Positions 30,915 to 42,919 are shown, numbered from the stretch's first letter. The stretch: 64,000 nt of DNA from Blastocatellales bacterium (GCA_050187295.1 JBFWXQ010000009.1:152627-216626), one strand, 5' to 3'. Numbers and translations are program-made. The notes: generated from the sequence alone by a model not told the origin.

Positions 30915-31151
30915 AGACAGGATTGACATGATTTTTCAGGATAAACAGGATTCGAATCCAACTGAACCTATTGCAGCATGGTGATCATGCAAATCCTGCC
31001 TGGAATCTTGAGCATCCTGTCCATGGAAATCGTCTCAATGTTGCCTGCTCTGATTTAGGAAATGAATACGTCAGCGCCCGGTGAGAAAGTCTTTTGCCCG
31101 GTCCTTACTCACGGGGCGCTGCGTGCTAATTCGTATTCGCTGTAAAGTCAT
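30915..31151 (+). promoter_or_regulatory. Structured leader of the kinase gene: CAGGAT/ATCCTG repeats, three tiled micro-ORFs and a 14-bp stem-loop
   Basis: CAGGAT occurs 3 times (30918-30951) and ATCCTG twice (30993-31019). Micro-ORFs of 18, 23 and 29 codons lie at 30928-30984, 30987-31058 and 31062-31151. Stem CAGCGCCCGGTGAG / CTCACGGGGCGCTG lies at 31072-31085 / 31108-31121 with one mismatch. Confidence 0.4.
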
Positions 31152-31171
31152 AGTTCAGGGGGCCACCCAAT

Positions 31172-33964
31172 ATGGCGATTGCTGCCGGTTCATACTTCGG
31201 CTCTTACGAAATCCTTTCCCTGGTCGGCAAAGGCGGGATGGGTGAAGTTTATCGCGCCAAAGATGCGCGGCTGGACCGCGAAGTCGCCATCAAAGTCCTG
31301 CCCGCTAACTTTGCTCAAGATGCCGACCGCTTGAGAAGATTTGAGCAGGAAGCGAAAGCGACTTCGGCGCTCAATCATCCGAACATCCTGACCGTATACG
31401 ACATTGGCACGGCTTCACCTGAACTTGGGGGAGCGCCGTACATCGTCGAGGAATTGCTTGAAGGCGAAGAACTCCGTGCGAGTTTGAAGCGCGGAGCAGT
31501 CTCTTTACTTCCCGCACTGGATTACGCCCAGCAAATCGCCACGGGCCTTGCCGCTGCTCACGGCAAAGGCATCGTTCACCGCGACCTGAAGCCTGAAAAC
31601 TTGTTCATCACGACAGATGGATTCATCAAGATTCTGGATTTCGGCCTGGCAAAGCTTTGCGCACCAGAACTGACACCAGATTCAAAAGCGCCCACTCAAC
31701 CACCGAACAACACAGACCCTGGCATGGTGATGGGAACGGCCAGGTATATGTCGCCGGAACAGGCGCGCGGCCAGGACATAGATGCCCGCAGCGACATCTT
31801 CAGCCTCGGCGTGGTTTTATACGAGATGGTCTCTGGATGTGCGCCGTTTACGGGCATCAATACGCTGGATGTGATCGGCGCAATCCTGAATCAGGAACCT
31901 GAGCCGCTTCGTCAGTTCAACGATGACGTTCCCCCTGAGTTGCAACGCATAGTCACCAAAGCGCTTCGCAAAGACCGCGAGCAGCGTTATCAAAACGTCA
32001 AAGACCTGTTGATCGACCTGAAAGATTTGAAGCAGGAATTGGAATTTGAAGCCAAACTAAAAGGCCCGCAGGCGTTCATAGTTCCGCCCTCAGGAGGAAT
32101 TTCGCGTGAATCAAACCTGCCATCTGAAGGCAGAGCTACGAAAGCGCCACCATCCCAAGCGACGACAAACGAAGTCGCATCGCAAACAACCTCAAGCGCC
32201 CAGATCATCCTTGGCGAAATCAAACGGCATAAACTTGGCGTTTCGGTTGTTCTGGCAATTCTGCTTGCGGCGGTGGCAGGTCTTGGCGTGGGACTTTACA
32301 AACTGATCGGACAAAACCAACCGCAATCTTCTTCCGGCCAGGCTGCGCGAATCGTGCCATTCACCAGTTATCAGGGGCGCGAAAATTGTCCGTCGTTTTC
32401 GCCGGATGGCTCTCAGATAGCGTTTTCCTGGTGGGGCGTTAATGGAGATAACCCGGACATTTACATCAAACGCGTTGGGGGAGAAACATATCTGCGATTG
32501 ACCACCAATCCGGCAGAGGATTTCAGTCCAACCTGGTCGCCCGATGGCAATCAAGTCGCCTTTGTGCGCCGCACGGGTTTGAGCGCATCCGTGTTTGTCG
32601 TTCCATCGTTGGGCGGGCCGGAACGTGAACTGATTTCAAATATCCAGGTAAAAGAATTCAAAATTGACGATGAAGATATAATTTTGGCCTGGTCGCCGGA
32701 TGGCAGATACCTGGCGTTGGCAGGCAATGCAGATGTGACGAAACGTCAGATACAGATGTACCTCTTCTCGATGGACAAGCACGAGCTAAGGCAAATCACG
32801 TCGCTACCAGCGCTGACAGGAGGTATACGCAAACCCGTCTTCTCCCCGGATGGACAAACACTGGCGTTCATTTATGGCTTCGGAAATATCTACCTGGTTC
32901 GTGTAGACGGTGGCGAGCCAACGCCCTTACTGCTTGCAGCGCAACTCGCTTACGGTTTGGGCTGGATGCCAGATGGAAAGAACATCATCTTTTCCTCCAG
33001 GCGTGGAGGAACTCCAACGCTCTGGAAAATCCCGGCTTCGGGTGGTACGCCGGAACAGGTGACGCCTGCCGGAAATCAGGTTTGGATGCTGACAATTGCG
33101 CGCCAAGGGTATCGCCTTGCCTATACCGAAGGGATTCTTGATTCGAATATCTGGCGGATTGAATTAGCTGGCGAAACGGCGAGTCAGATTCCTCCAGTCA
33201 GGTTGATTGCGTCCACGGAACGCGACGATGCGCCTAAATACTCCCCGGATGGCAAACAAATTGTCTTCACCTCGCGGCGCTCCGGTCACGATGAGCTTTG
33301 GCTTGCCGATAGCGATGGCCAAAATCAGGTGCAGTTGACCTATTTCAATGGCGTTTCTGTCGGTAGCCCACGCTGGTCTCCCAACGGGCGACAAATTGCT
33401 TTTGATTCTTTGGCACAGTCGAATTGGGACATTTACCTGATAGACACAGTAGGTGGAAAGCCGCGTCGCCTGACGAATGAAGAGTCATCCGACAATCTTC
33501 CAAGTTGGTCACTCGATGGACGCTGGATTTATTTCAGGTCTAATCGCAGCGGAACCAACCAAGTCTGGAAAGCGCCAAATGAAGGAGGCTCGGCAATTCA
33601 GGTCACTATGCAGGGAGGCGGGGAAGCGTATGAGTCCCCTGACGGTCAGTTTCTGTACTACCTGAAGGCCGGAACCATCTGGCGGATGCCGGTCGCGGGT
33701 GGCGAAGAAACGCAGGTACTGGAAAAATCGGGACAGAGTATGTGGGCTGTGTCGAAGCAGGGCATTTACTACATTGACACGCAGGCAAAACCACGTCCCA
33801 CAATCGAATACTTCAGCTTCGCCACTTCCCAAACCAGGCGAATCGCAATGCTGAATAGTAGCGTTTTTACCGGCATCTCCGTTTCGCCGGATGGCCGCTC
33901 GCTGTTGTGGGCACAGTTAGATCGCAGCGAAAGCAACATTATGCTGATCGAAAATTTCCGCTGA
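31172..33964 (+). CDS. Ser/Thr protein kinase fused to a C-terminal TolB-like (PD40/WD40-like) beta-propeller
   Basis: Kinase motifs (GxGxxG-like [30 protein letters not shown]). A TM segment ([17 protein letters not shown]), then at least 8 SPDG-containing propeller blades. Confidence 0.85.
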   Translation: MAIAAGSYFGSYEILSLVGKGGMGEVYRAKDARLDREVAIKVLPANFAQDADRLRRFEQEAKATSALNHPNILTVYDIGTASPELGGAPYIVEELLEGEELRASLKRGAVSLLPALDYAQQIATGLAAAHGKGIVHRDLKPENLFITTDGFIKILDFGLAKLCAPELTPDSKAPTQPPNNTDPGMVMGTARYMSPEQARGQDIDARSDIFSLGVVLYEMVSGCAPFTGINTLDVIGAILNQEPEPLRQFNDDVPPELQRIVTKALRKDREQRYQNVKDLLIDLKDLKQELEFEAKLKGPQAFIVPPSGGISRESNLPSEGRATKAPPSQATTNEVASQTTSSAQIILGEIKRHKLGVSVVLAILLAAVAGLGVGLYKLIGQNQPQSSSGQAARIVPFTSYQGRENCPSFSPDGSQIAFSWWGVNGDNPDIYIKRVGGETYLRLTTNPAEDFSPTWSPDGNQVAFVRRTGLSASVFVVPSLGGPERELISNIQVKEFKIDDEDIILAWSPDGRYLALAGNADVTKRQIQMYLFSMDKHELRQITSLPALTGGIRKPVFSPDGQTLAFIYGFGNIYLVRVDGGEPTPLLLAAQLAYGLGWMPDGKNIIFSSRRGGTPTLWKIPASGGTPEQVTPAGNQVWMLTIARQGYRLAYTEGILDSNIWRIELAGETASQIPPVRLIASTERDDAPKYSPDGKQIVFTSRRSGHDELWLADSDGQNQVQLTYFNGVSVGSPRWSPNGRQIAFDSLAQSNWDIYLIDTVGGKPRRLTNEESSDNLPSWSLDGRWIYFRSNRSGTNQVWKAPNEGGSAIQVTMQGGGEAYESPDGQFLYYLKAGTIWRMPVAGGEETQVLEKSGQSMWAVSKQGIYYIDTQAKPRPTIEYFSFATSQTRRIAMLNSSVFTGISVSPDGRSLLWAQLDRSESNIMLIENFR

Positions 33965-33981
33965 CAATTCGAGGAATCAAT

Positions 33982-35412
33982 TTGAAACAGAAAATCCCTA
34001 CCGGCAGAAAGACCTGGATTGCGTTGTGTTTATTCAGCGCGTTCACTCTCGCTGTCTTGTTGCAGACGGCTCACTTCAATGCTCAATCTCCAGCGGCAGG
34101 CAAACTAGGGCTTGGTCGAAAGTATTCCACCATCGAGCGCATGAATTTGGAACGGTTGCGCGCGGTGAATGCCGACAAGTTGCGGATTCAGAAAAATCGG
34201 CATGCAGTGAAGCTGCAAACAGGCTTCGGCGATTACAAAGCCATTTTGCACGCTCACGCTGAAGATTCAGCGCATACCGGAGGCACAAGGCCAGAGTTGC
34301 TGGCGGCGGCAAAGCGCGTTGGTGTCAAGATCATCATGCTGACTGATCACGTGCGGCCTCCGAGGGATTTCATCAACGATAGCTGGCGCGGGCTGCGCGA
34401 AGGCGTGCTGTTCATTCCCGGAGCCGAAAGCGAAGGCTTTCTGGTATACCCGCAACGTTCAATCATCGCAGCGCATATCAACAAGAGTTTCAAATCGCGC
34501 GATGAATATGTTCGGCTGGTCAAAGAACCTTTCGGGCAAGACAAAGGCGACATCTTCCTGTCCCACGTCGAAGAAAAAGGCGATTGGGATACCAGCCAAT
34601 TGGACGGGCTGGAAATTTACAACATCCATTCAGACTTGCTGGACGAACCGGAGTTCGTCCGCTGGCTGCAAGGCGCGTTCACCAATCCAGACCGATTGAA
34701 GCAGTTTGAGCAGGGTTTGGCCGAATTCCCTGCCGAAGTCTTCGGCGCTTTGCAGGATTATCTGCCAACAGTGATAGCCAAATGGGATCGCGATTTGCCG
34801 TCGCATCGGCTGACCGGCATCGCCGCCAATGATTGCCATCACAATCAGGTCTTCACCGTCAAAGCCGTTGCCGACGACGCCATCGAAGTCACCGCCTTCC
34901 CTGACCCGCCGCGCAAAATCACCACCAAACAGGCTCCACGCATCGCCGAAATGCTGCCCAATACTCTGAAAGACCGCAAAGCTGGCGACTTGATTGCCAA
35001 ATTGGATTTCGATCCTTACGAACGCAGTTTGACTTTTGTGGCGACTCACATTCTGGCGAACGAATTGAACGAGGCTGTTGTTCGTCAGGCTCTGCGGCAA
35101 GGTCACGCCTTTGTCGCTCACGATTGGTTGTGCGATGCGACAGGCTTTGCATTTATTGCCGAACGAAACGGCAAGCGCATCGGCGTGATGGGCGATGAAG
35201 TGAAGCTGGAAAAAGAATTGAAGCTACGACTGGCTGCGCCCGCGACGGGAACGATCAAGCTGTTTCGTAATGGCCAAATCGTTCGGGAAACTCAGTCAGA
35301 CAAAATGGATTTCGCCGTGACCAAAGCGGGAATTTACCGAGCCGAGATTTGGCTGACGCTTGATGGCGAAATGCGTCCGTGGATTTACTCCAATCCAATC
35401 AGAGTTCTTTAG
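33982..35412 (+). CDS. Secreted PHP-domain (polymerase/histidinol-phosphatase-like) metallo-phosphoesterase
   Basis: TTG start at 33982 with a GAGGA SD 6 nt upstream. The ORF-track start at 33907 overlaps the kinase and is rejected. Signal peptide (KTWIALCLFSAFTLAVLLQTAHF). PHP His motifs (HAHAEDSAHTGG, ..TDH.., ..NDCHHN). Confidence 0.6.
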   Translation: MKQKIPTGRKTWIALCLFSAFTLAVLLQTAHFNAQSPAAGKLGLGRKYSTIERMNLERLRAVNADKLRIQKNRHAVKLQTGFGDYKAILHAHAEDSAHTGGTRPELLAAAKRVGVKIIMLTDHVRPPRDFINDSWRGLREGVLFIPGAESEGFLVYPQRSIIAAHINKSFKSRDEYVRLVKEPFGQDKGDIFLSHVEEKGDWDTSQLDGLEIYNIHSDLLDEPEFVRWLQGAFTNPDRLKQFEQGLAEFPAEVFGALQDYLPTVIAKWDRDLPSHRLTGIAANDCHHNQVFTVKAVADDAIEVTAFPDPPRKITTKQAPRIAEMLPNTLKDRKAGDLIAKLDFDPYERSLTFVATHILANELNEAVVRQALRQGHAFVAHDWLCDATGFAFIAERNGKRIGVMGDEVKLEKELKLRLAAPATGTIKLFRNGQIVRETQSDKMDFAVTKAGIYRAEIWLTLDGEMRPWIYSNPIRVL

Positions 35413-35490
35413 CCAATCGTTCCCGGCGTTGATACGCCACGCTAATATCAATCGTCGCTCCGCGACGAAGAGTTGGCAGAAGGTCTCCCT

Positions 35491-35536
35491 AAAAACCAAG
35501 AGCGCGGCAAAAAGACTCTGCCGCGCTCTTGGTTTT
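35491..35536. terminator. Bidirectional rho-independent terminator between the PHP gene and nuoN
   Basis: Perfect 14-bp stem CCAAGAGCGCGGCA / TGCCGCGCTCTTGG with a 9-nt loop, flanked by A5 on the left and T4 on the right. Confidence 0.8.
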
Positions 35537-35554
35537 AGAAATTGAAGCCGATCG

Positions 35555-37060
35555 TCATTTGCCGGGGGGCTGAACCAGAGCAGTGTTTGCTGCCGCAGAG
35601 CTTTTGCTCATTGCGCTCATCACGCGATTCGGCATGATGCCCAGATAGAAAGTACCAACCAGCGTCAGGATCAATGCCAGAGCGGTCATTGCGCTGACGC
35701 GCGGTTTGATGAAGCCCGGCACCAATGGGCGGAAGAACATCACCACAATCGGGTACAGGTAGTAATAAACCGAAATGATGCTGTTGATGACCGCCACAAC
35801 AATCAGCCAGCGCAAATTCGGCGCGCCATCCCAGGCCGATTTGAAGATGAAAAACTTGCTCATAAAACCGGCCGTAGGCGGAATGCCAGCCAGGCTGAAA
35901 AGGAAAATTGCCAACGGAAAGCTCAAGCCGGGAGATTCAAAACCTATGCCCGCATAATCTGCAATCTCCGTCTTCTGATCTCCGGCACGTGCCAGCAACT
36001 GTATTACAGCGAATGCTCCCAGACTCATAATCGAATAAGCCAGCAGGTAAAAAGCTACGGGTGCGAAATCCCCTGTCACAAATCCGACCAATGCGTATCC
36101 AGCGTGAGCAATTGACGAATACGCCAACATTCGCTTGATGTTTTTCTGGGTCAGAGCCACGACATTGCCGATGGTCATCGTCAGAACCGCAATCACGGCA
36201 ACCACAATCACCCAGGTATTGTGAAGCTGTGCGCCAACCGGAGAGCCTCCGACATTCAATCCTTCGGCAAAGACCCGCAGGAAAGCGGCGAATACTGCTG
36301 CTTTGGGGCCGGTGCTCATAAAGCCTGTGACGATTGTCGGCGCGCCTTCGTATACGTCAGGCGTCCACAGATGGAACGGCGCGCTGGCAATCTTGAACCC
36401 AAAACCGACCAGCATCATCGCCGCCCCAATAAGCAAAAGAGCCGGATGAATTACCTGGCCGTCGGCGATTTTCAAACTGATCGCCTGAATATTGGTTGTC
36501 GCCGTCGCACCATAAACCAGCGCCATGCCGTAAAGCAGAAATGCAGTGGCGAACGAACCTAGCAGGAAATATTTCAACGAAGATTCGTTGGCGCGAACGT
36601 CATAGCGGCGATAACCAGCCATCACGTAAGTCGTGATCGAGGCAATTTCCAGTCCCAAAAACACTGTCACCAAATCGCCCGCCGAAGCCAGCAACAGCAT
36701 TCCGGCGGTCGCAAACAGAATCAAGGAAAAGAATTCGCCCGGCGGCAGAGCTTCGTCGCGCAGAAACTGATCGGCCAGCAACGTGGCGACAATGGCCACG
36801 ATCAGTATCGTCACCGAAAAGAAAATCCGGATCGGATCAATCACAACCATCCCGGAAAAATATTCGCCTGCGCCAACAGAATTCAGGCCGAAAACGGCAA
36901 TCAGAGCCAGTATCAGCGCCGCCAGCGTCAGAGCGCCGTTGGTGCGTCGCGCGCCTTTTTTGGCAAAGGCATCCACAAGCATGACCAGAACCGCCATCAC
37001 CGAAACAATGATTTCCGGCGCGATTGCCCAATAGTTAAGTTTAAGTAGTTCGAGTTGCAT
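35555..37060 (-). CDS. nuoN: NADH-quinone oxidoreductase subunit N
   Basis: 501-aa polytopic antiporter-like subunit, last gene of the nuo cluster. Confidence 0.85.
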   Translation of the reverse strand: MQLELLKLNYWAIAPEIIVSVMAVLVMLVDAFAKKGARRTNGALTLAALILALIAVFGLNSVGAGEYFSGMVVIDPIRIFFSVTILIVAIVATLLADQFLRDEALPPGEFFSLILFATAGMLLLASAGDLVTVFLGLEIASITTYVMAGYRRYDVRANESSLKYFLLGSFATAFLLYGMALVYGATATTNIQAISLKIADGQVIHPALLLIGAAMMLVGFGFKIASAPFHLWTPDVYEGAPTIVTGFMSTGPKAAVFAAFLRVFAEGLNVGGSPVGAQLHNTWVIVVAVIAVLTMTIGNVVALTQKNIKRMLAYSSIAHAGYALVGFVTGDFAPVAFYLLAYSIMSLGAFAVIQLLARAGDQKTEIADYAGIGFESPGLSFPLAIFLFSLAGIPPTAGFMSKFFIFKSAWDGAPNLRWLIVVAVINSIISVYYYLYPIVVMFFRPLVPGFIKPRVSAMTALALILTLVGTFYLGIMPNRVMSAMSKSSAAANTALVQPPGK

Positions 37061-37117
37061 TTTTGGTTAGAGATTCAATTTCTCTTGAACAGCATAAGAA
37101 AATCCATCAATACACAA

Positions 37118-38674
<1,557 letters not shown>

Positions 38675-38737
38675 ATTCTTGTTTGGGGCGGACGGAAGGT
38701 CCGCGAACAGATTGCGGACTGGATGTCCGCGCTCAGG

Positions 38738-40822
38738 CTAACGCAGAGCGATGTATCCGAAATAACCTATGACGACGATTGCGCCGATCAGGATCACTGC
38801 GGCGTAATTTCGAGCAAAGCCGGTTTGAGTGTAACGAAGCACACCAGCAAGCGCGCCGAACATCTTCGCCACGCCGTTGACGAAACCATCAATGATTTTG
38901 ACATCAACGACTTTCCACAAACCTTCGCGCGAGACGGTTTCAATTGGCGTGACGATGACTTCGTCGTAAAGCTCGTCAACCTTGTACTTGTCTTCCAGAA
39001 TCCTGGGCATCTGTTTGAGAGGATTTTTGCCGAAGACCGCGAAGCCTATACCAATGCCAATCAAACCGAGCAAAACCGACAGGCCTGTCAATCCCAATTC
39101 GGTTGTAGTGTCGTGATGCTCTTCGGTGGCCGCAGCGGCAGCGGCTGGTTGCTCGCTTGCGGCAGCGCCGTGACCTTCACCTGTTGCTGGCGAGTGTGCT
39201 TCGGTCGCTCCGTGCGGTTGGACGTGAGCTATTGCCGGTTCCAAAAAATGCTCAAAATGATTCGAGCCTCCCAGCACAGCGGGGACTCCGACAAAACCTC
39301 CGACGGCTGAAAGCACTGCCAGCACGATCAACGGCGCAACCATCAACCAGCCTGATTCATGCGGTTTGCCATGTCCGTGACCGTGATCATCGCCGTGGGC
39401 ATCGTGCGCGTCATGACCTTCAGCCTTGCCGAATCGTTCTGCGCCCCAGAAAGTCATGACCATCATTCGGGTCATATAAATAGCCGTGAGCAATGCGGTC
39501 AGCGCGGCCACCGCCCACAAGATTTTTCCCAGCGGCAATCCCCAAACCTGCGGCAGAGCTTCGGTTGACCAGGTTCGCCACAAGATTTCGTCCTTGCTGA
39601 AAAAGCCGGACAGCAGCGGAAAGCCTGAAATCGCCAGCCAGCCAACGAACATCGTGCCGAAGGTGAAAGGCATGTATTTGCGCAAACCGCCCATACGGCG
39701 AATGTCCTGTTCTTCGTGCATGCCGTGAATGACTGAACCAGAACCAAGGAAGAGCAACGCTTTGAAGAAAGCGTGTGTCATGACGTGGAAGATTCCGGCG
39801 ATGAAAGCTCCGACTCCGCAGGCCAGAAACATATAACCAAGTTGCGAGACGGTCGAATAAGCCAGAACTTTTTTGATGTCGTTCTGCGCCAGACCGATTG
39901 TCGCGGCGAAGATCGCCGTCGCCGCTCCGATGACGGCAATGACAAGCATCGCGGTTGGCGATTTGACGACAATCGCGCTGCATCGCGCAGTCAGGTAAAC
40001 GCCGGCCGTGACCATCGTCGCGGCGTGGATCAGTGCCGAAACCGGAGTCGGACCGGCCATTGCGTCCGGCAACCAAACGAACAGCGGAATCTGCGCTGAC
40101 TTTCCGGTCGCGCCGACAAACAACAACAACGCAATCGCCGTCGTTGATCCAATCAAAACCGCTGGTGAAGCGGCTTGCGACAGAAAGCTGGCGACTTCGT
40201 TGCCACCGATATTCTTGGTTACAAAACTGATCGTGCCAAAAGTTGTGAAGACCAGAAAGGTCGCGATCATAAATCCGAAATCGCCGATGCGGTTGACGAT
40301 GAAGGCCTTCTTTGCCGCATCGCCCGCCACATTCCATTTAATGAAATAACCGATCAACAGATAAGAACAAAGTCCGACGCCTTCCCACCCGACGAACAGC
40401 AACAACAGGTTATCGCCCAGCACCAGTGTCAGCATCATGAACATAAACAGGTTCAGGTAAGCGAAGAACCTGTAATAGCCCGGATCGCCATGCATGTAAC
40501 CGGTCGCATAAATGTGAATCAGCAGACCGACTCCGGTGATGAACAAAATGTAAATGCCTGAAAGCGGATCGAGCAGGTAGGCGAAATCGGCGCGGAAGTT
40601 GCCGACCGAAATCCAGGTGAAGAAATGTTCGGTGATGCGGCGCACGCCGTCGGGGTCAGCGGCTTTGCTCGTCAGGCGGAAAAAAGATCCGAAGGCCAGC
40701 GCCGCCGAAACCGCGACCGACAAACAGGCAATCGCGCCCACAACTTTTTCGCCGAGCTTTTTGCCGAACAATCCGTTGATGATTGCGCCAATCAGCGGCG
40801 CCAGGGTGATCCATTTAAGCAT
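38738..40822 (-). CDS. nuoL: NADH-quinone oxidoreductase subunit L (with His-rich insertion)
   Basis: 694-aa antiporter-like subunit carrying a His/Asp-rich low-complexity loop (EGHDAHDAHGDDHGHGHGKPHE). Confidence 0.85.
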   Translation of the reverse strand: MLKWITLAPLIGAIINGLFGKKLGEKVVGAIACLSVAVSAALAFGSFFRLTSKAADPDGVRRITEHFFTWISVGNFRADFAYLLDPLSGIYILFITGVGLLIHIYATGYMHGDPGYYRFFAYLNLFMFMMLTLVLGDNLLLLFVGWEGVGLCSYLLIGYFIKWNVAGDAAKKAFIVNRIGDFGFMIATFLVFTTFGTISFVTKNIGGNEVASFLSQAASPAVLIGSTTAIALLLFVGATGKSAQIPLFVWLPDAMAGPTPVSALIHAATMVTAGVYLTARCSAIVVKSPTAMLVIAVIGAATAIFAATIGLAQNDIKKVLAYSTVSQLGYMFLACGVGAFIAGIFHVMTHAFFKALLFLGSGSVIHGMHEEQDIRRMGGLRKYMPFTFGTMFVGWLAISGFPLLSGFFSKDEILWRTWSTEALPQVWGLPLGKILWAVAALTALLTAIYMTRMMVMTFWGAERFGKAEGHDAHDAHGDDHGHGHGKPHESGWLMVAPLIVLAVLSAVGGFVGVPAVLGGSNHFEHFLEPAIAHVQPHGATEAHSPATGEGHGAAASEQPAAAAAATEEHHDTTTELGLTGLSVLLGLIGIGIGFAVFGKNPLKQMPRILEDKYKVDELYDEVIVTPIETVSREGLWKVVDVKIIDGFVNGVAKMFGALAGVLRYTQTGFARNYAAVILIGAIVVIGYFGYIALR

Positions 40823-40839
40823 AAGTTTGAGGTGACTAT

Positions 40840-41142
40840 TTACAGCTTCAGTAAATCCGCTTCGTCAACATTGAGCGTTTCGCGGTTGCGGAAAAGCGAA
40901 ATGATAATGGCCAGCCCGACTGCAGCTTCGGCGGCGGCCACAACCATGACGATGAAGACGAACAATTGCCCCGTCACATCGCCCAGGAAACGCGAGAACG
41001 CAACCAAAGTCAGGTTGACGGAATTCAGCATCAACTCGATGCACATAAACAGCACAATCACGTTGCGCTGAATCAGAACTCCAACTACGCCAATTGTGAA
41101 CAGAACGGCGCTCAGCGCCAGATACCAGGAAAGCGGAACCAT
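40840..41142 (-). CDS. nuoK: NADH-quinone oxidoreductase subunit K
   Basis: 100 aa with 3 TM helices. Its ATG overlaps the nuoJ stop in a TAATG arrangement. Confidence 0.85.
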   Translation of the reverse strand: MVPLSWYLALSAVLFTIGVVGVLIQRNVIVLFMCIELMLNSVNLTLVAFSRFLGDVTGQLFVFIVMVVAAAEAAVGLAIIISLFRNRETLNVDEADLLKL

Positions 41143-41732
41143 TACGCGGCGACCTCCTCTTTTTCGGCTTCTATCGCCGCGACAGGTGATTGTTCAGCGG
41201 CAATCAACGCCTGCTCGATGTCGGCGATCTCTTCCTTGCTTTCGCGGCGAGCCAACAGCATCGAACCGACAATCGCCATCAGAATCAAGACCGAAGTCGC
41301 TTCGAAAGGCAGAACGTATCTGGTGAACATTCCTTCGGCGATGGATTGCACTGTTCCAGGAGCCTGAGTTTCCGGCACGGCTGGTTGATTCACCAGGCGG
41401 ATGACGGCGAAAACCTCAGCCAGCAAAGCCAGAAACAATGGCACGGCCAGGAACTTCAGGTACTTCTGATGATCGGTTTTTGATTCTTCCTCGCGTATGT
41501 TGAGCAACATAATCACGAAGACGAACAAAACCATGATCGCCCCGGCGTATACGATGATTTGAATTGCGGCGATGAATTGCGCCGACAAGAGCAGAAACAA
41601 CGCCGCCAGACAGCACAAGACGACAATCAAACCGATGGCGCTGTAAATTGGATTGCGTTGCAGGATCACATTGAACGCCGCAACCACAGCCAGAGCAGCA
41701 AACGCTAAAAACAATAAGTGAGCGATTTCCAT
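41142..41732 (-). CDS. nuoJ: NADH-quinone oxidoreductase subunit J
   Basis: Start set at the internal ATG at 41732 ([28 protein letters not shown]..). The ORF-track extension to 41930 overlaps the 3' end of nuoH. Acidic C-terminal tail. Confidence 0.8.
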   Translation of the reverse strand: MEIAHLLFLAFAALAVVAAFNVILQRNPIYSAIGLIVVLCCLAALFLLLSAQFIAAIQIIVYAGAIMVLFVFVIMLLNIREEESKTDHQKYLKFLAVPLFLALLAEVFAVIRLVNQPAVPETQAPGTVQSIAEGMFTRYVLPFEATSVLILMAIVGSMLLARRESKEEIADIEQALIAAEQSPVAAIEAEKEEVAA

Positions 41733-41746
41733 AATCGAATCGGGCT

Positions 41747-42883
41747 TCAGAAGGTGAGCACTGCAATCACCGCAGCCAGGGCGATGTTGAGCAGTGCGGT
41801 CGGCAGCAGAAACTTCCAGCCGAAATTCATCAACTGATCGTAACGGAAGCGCGGCAATGTCCCGCGCAGCCAGATGTATAAAAACAGGAAGAAAAATACC
41901 TTGCCAAGAAAGTAGATCGGGCCCAGCCACGGAAAGCTGCCGACCCCCGGGCCGTTCCAGCCGCCCAGAAACAAAGTCGTCGCCAGAACCGAAACGGTAG
42001 TCATGTTGACGTATTCGGCCATGAAAAACAGCGCGAATTTCAGCGAGCTGTATTCGGTGTGAAATCCGGCGACCAGTTCTGTTTCCGCTTCAGGCAGGTC
42101 AAAAGGTATGCGGTTGGTTTCGGCAATGGCGCTGATCAAATAGATAAAGAATGCGATGATCATCGCCGGAATCATCGCCAATCCGGCGGAGCCGCCGAAA
42201 ATGTTCCACCTCAGACCTCCCCATCCCGATTGCTGCCGGACGATTTCAACCAGATCAAGGCTTCCTGCAACCAGCAGAACAGCAACGACCGAAAGCGACA
42301 ATCCCAACTCGTAGCTGATCATCTGCGCCGAAGAACGCAGCCCGCCCAGCAAACTGTATTTGGAATTCGACGCCCAACCGGCAACCACGATCCCATAAAC
42401 CCCAAGCCCTGTCAGCGCAAAGACGTACAGCAAACCTACATTGAAGTTGGTCACATGCAGATCAATCGTCCGCATATCCACATTCCAACCCAATCCCAGT
42501 TTGGCCGCCGCATCATTGACAAGCTGACTGAGAATTTCTCCTCCCGGCAGCGGCACGCTTTCCGGTCCGAATGGATAAACGATCAAAACCATCATCGCCG
42601 GAACCAGCGCAATGACCGGAGCCATCACATACAACCATTTGTTGACGGCCAACGGGATAATGTCTTCCTTGAAGATAAACTTCAGCAGGTCGGCGAAAGG
42701 TTGCAGCAGGCCCTGCCATCCCACGCGATTCGGTCCCAGCCGGTTTTGAATCACAGCCAGCACTCGGCGTTCGGCATAAACCGTGTAGGCGACTGTCAGC
42801 ATGATAAAGATCCAGAAAACAGCGACCTTGATCAGCGACCCGAGCAAGAATGGAAAATCTATTGAGTTGATCAGCGATGACAT
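41747..42883 (-). CDS. nuoH: NADH-quinone oxidoreductase subunit H
   Basis: 378-aa NuoH/ND1-like membrane protein. Its stop lies 14 nt before the nuoJ start, leaving no room for nuoI. Confidence 0.85.
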   Translation of the reverse strand: MSSLINSIDFPFLLGSLIKVAVFWIFIMLTVAYTVYAERRVLAVIQNRLGPNRVGWQGLLQPFADLLKFIFKEDIIPLAVNKWLYVMAPVIALVPAMMVLIVYPFGPESVPLPGGEILSQLVNDAAAKLGLGWNVDMRTIDLHVTNFNVGLLYVFALTGLGVYGIVVAGWASNSKYSLLGGLRSSAQMISYELGLSLSVVAVLLVAGSLDLVEIVRQQSGWGGLRWNIFGGSAGLAMIPAMIIAFFIYLISAIAETNRIPFDLPEAETELVAGFHTEYSSLKFALFFMAEYVNMTTVSVLATTLFLGGWNGPGVGSFPWLGPIYFLGKVFFFLFLYIWLRGTLPRFRYDQLMNFGWKFLLPTALLNIALAAVIAVLTF

Positions 42884-42919
42884 AAAGAGTCAGCTTTGTT
42901 GAGTATGGTTTGTTTTCAA

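Noticed and set aside
33907-33981. ORF-track start of the PHP-domain gene overlapping the kinase 3' end
   Set aside because: The in-frame TTG at 33982 has a GAGGA SD 6 nt upstream and yields a signal peptide, whereas the upstream start would overlap the kinase by 58 nt.
41733-41930. ORF-track N-terminal extension of nuoJ (66 extra codons)
   Set aside because: It overlaps the 3' end of nuoH in another frame and has no NuoJ-like sequence. The canonical NuoJ N-terminus begins at the ATG at 41732.
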